A stretch of DNA of 64,000 nt from Fidelibacterota bacterium (lineage in GTDB: Bacteria; Fidelibacterota; UBA2242): assembly GCA_049975265.1 (NCBI GenBank), contig JBNGDF010000011.1, positions 12,705 through 76,704 of the forward strand, in the 5' to 3' direction. The notes below the pieces were generated by a model, which was not told the DNA's origin, ran no database searches, and was given only the letters and a program-made list of their open reading frames with translations. Numbering within the stretch: position 1 is the stretch's first letter; each line of letters starts with the position of its first letter. Of the stretch, positions 63,561 to 64,000 are shown one piece after another. Position numbers and translations under genes: made by a program.

Positions 63561-64000
63561 TTACCAGCGGTTCAGCACTTTCTCGGCGAAACCGGGAAAA
63601 TTCCGGATGATGATTTCGTCTCCATTATCAAGAATCGCCTTGCCGGAGAAGCGTCCGAAAACCTGATGCTGGTTGGACCGGATAACAAGCAGATTGGCAT
63701 CGGAATGGCGGTCGAGAATCGGCTGAAAATCCATTTCGAAGCGTCCGTTGTTGCTGCTGATGCGCCAGGGTCTCAGGTAACTATCGGCAGGAATGTGAAA
63801 TTGCACCTTATCGAGTTTGTGAACTTTGCCGTTAAAGAAGATCAGATTTTCCGTGGCGTGTGAGGTATCGCCGAAGCCGTAGCCGATATTGAAACCAAAC
63901 AGGTCAGCGCCGATTTTCCCCGACGCCGAGCCCCAGTACCAGGTATTGTTATAGGTCCAGACGCCCCGTCCCCAGTCGAGCACGCCGAAGGAGTCGTTTG
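63561..64000 (-). CDS. DUF2804-like protein (N-terminal part lies beyond window end)
   Basis: The minus-strand frame stays open to position 64000. The NNTWYWGSASG motif is as I recall for DUF2804. Confidence 0.5.
   Translation of the reverse strand, partial: NDSFGVLDWGRGVWTYNNTWYWGSASGKIGADLFGFNIGYGFGDTSHATENLIFFNGKVHKLDKVQFHIPADSYLRPWRISSNNGRFEMDFQPILDRHSDANLLVIRSNQHQVFGRFSGKAILDNGDEIIIRNFPGFAEKVLNRW

Noticed and set aside
1-64000. Search for CRISPR arrays, tRNA/rRNA genes, IS elements, toxin-antitoxin pairs and known defence-system genes.
   Set aside because: All non-coding gaps are under 290 nt, and none showed regularly spaced repeats or cloverleaf-like structure on visual inspection. 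No transposase, Cas, restriction or abortive-infection signatures appear in any ORF. The visual scan is not exhaustive, so tRNAscan/Infernal should confirm.

Overview
This is a densely coded chromosomal window of about 62 CDSs, mostly housekeeping. I saw no rRNA, tRNA, CRISPR array, transposase or prophage genes. The intergenic gaps were inspected by eye only.

The host looks diderm: LpxH, SPOR and LysM lipoproteins, and a TonB-type outer-membrane barrel are present. It also looks anaerobic and fermentative: pyruvate:ferredoxin oxidoreductase, butyrate kinase with phosphotransbutyrylase, a PPi-type phosphofructokinase and GTP-PEPCK. A GGGPS-family gene and a CarboxypepD_reg-barrel plus DUF4249 pair resemble FCB-superphylum or candidate-phylum genomes. 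The taxon cannot be named from the sequence alone.

Gene content, left to right:
- GH1 beta-glucosidase (partial) and an S9 peptidase.
- A tight murQ-anmK-PGM/PMM-polyprenyl synthase-ptsH-ptsI operon, then a bifunctional nuclease.
- Minus-strand yceD-rpmF-fabH-fabD-fabG-acpP-fabF-rnc cluster.
- Minus-strand MBL hydrolase, then COG2403 (cDPG-synthetase-like)-arcC-ndk-SPOR-membrane protein.
- LysM lipoprotein, SSF and APC transporters, a small secreted SOR-like protein and a DUF45 metallopeptidase.
- pckG, a HEAT-lipoprotein-PilZ operon, lpxH, buk-ptb, pfp and PFOR.
- efp-accB-accC-gcvH-gcvPA-GGGPS-gmhA-xerD-M50-FTCD-mutL-miaA.
- An envelope cluster: MBOAT plus partner, an S37-like lipoprotein, a hypothetical protein, a TonB-like barrel and DUF4249. 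A partial DUF2804 gene closes the window.

The most unusual locus is a minus-strand operon at 40.47-43.52 kb. It encodes a membrane-anchored PHP-type phosphoesterase followed by two paralogous coiled-coil proteins. Each paralog ends in a CxxCKKIRDDxGYW...FSHxxCxDC Cys/His module, with no kinase, receiver or DNA-binding domain nearby. The distal paralog is split by a frameshift inside a C7 homopolymer.

Other points worth a second look:
- An archaeal-type GGGPS homologue.
- A SOR-like protein with a His-to-Phe ligand change.
- An EF-P with Arg at the modified loop tip.
- An S37-like lipoprotein lacking the nucleophile Ser.
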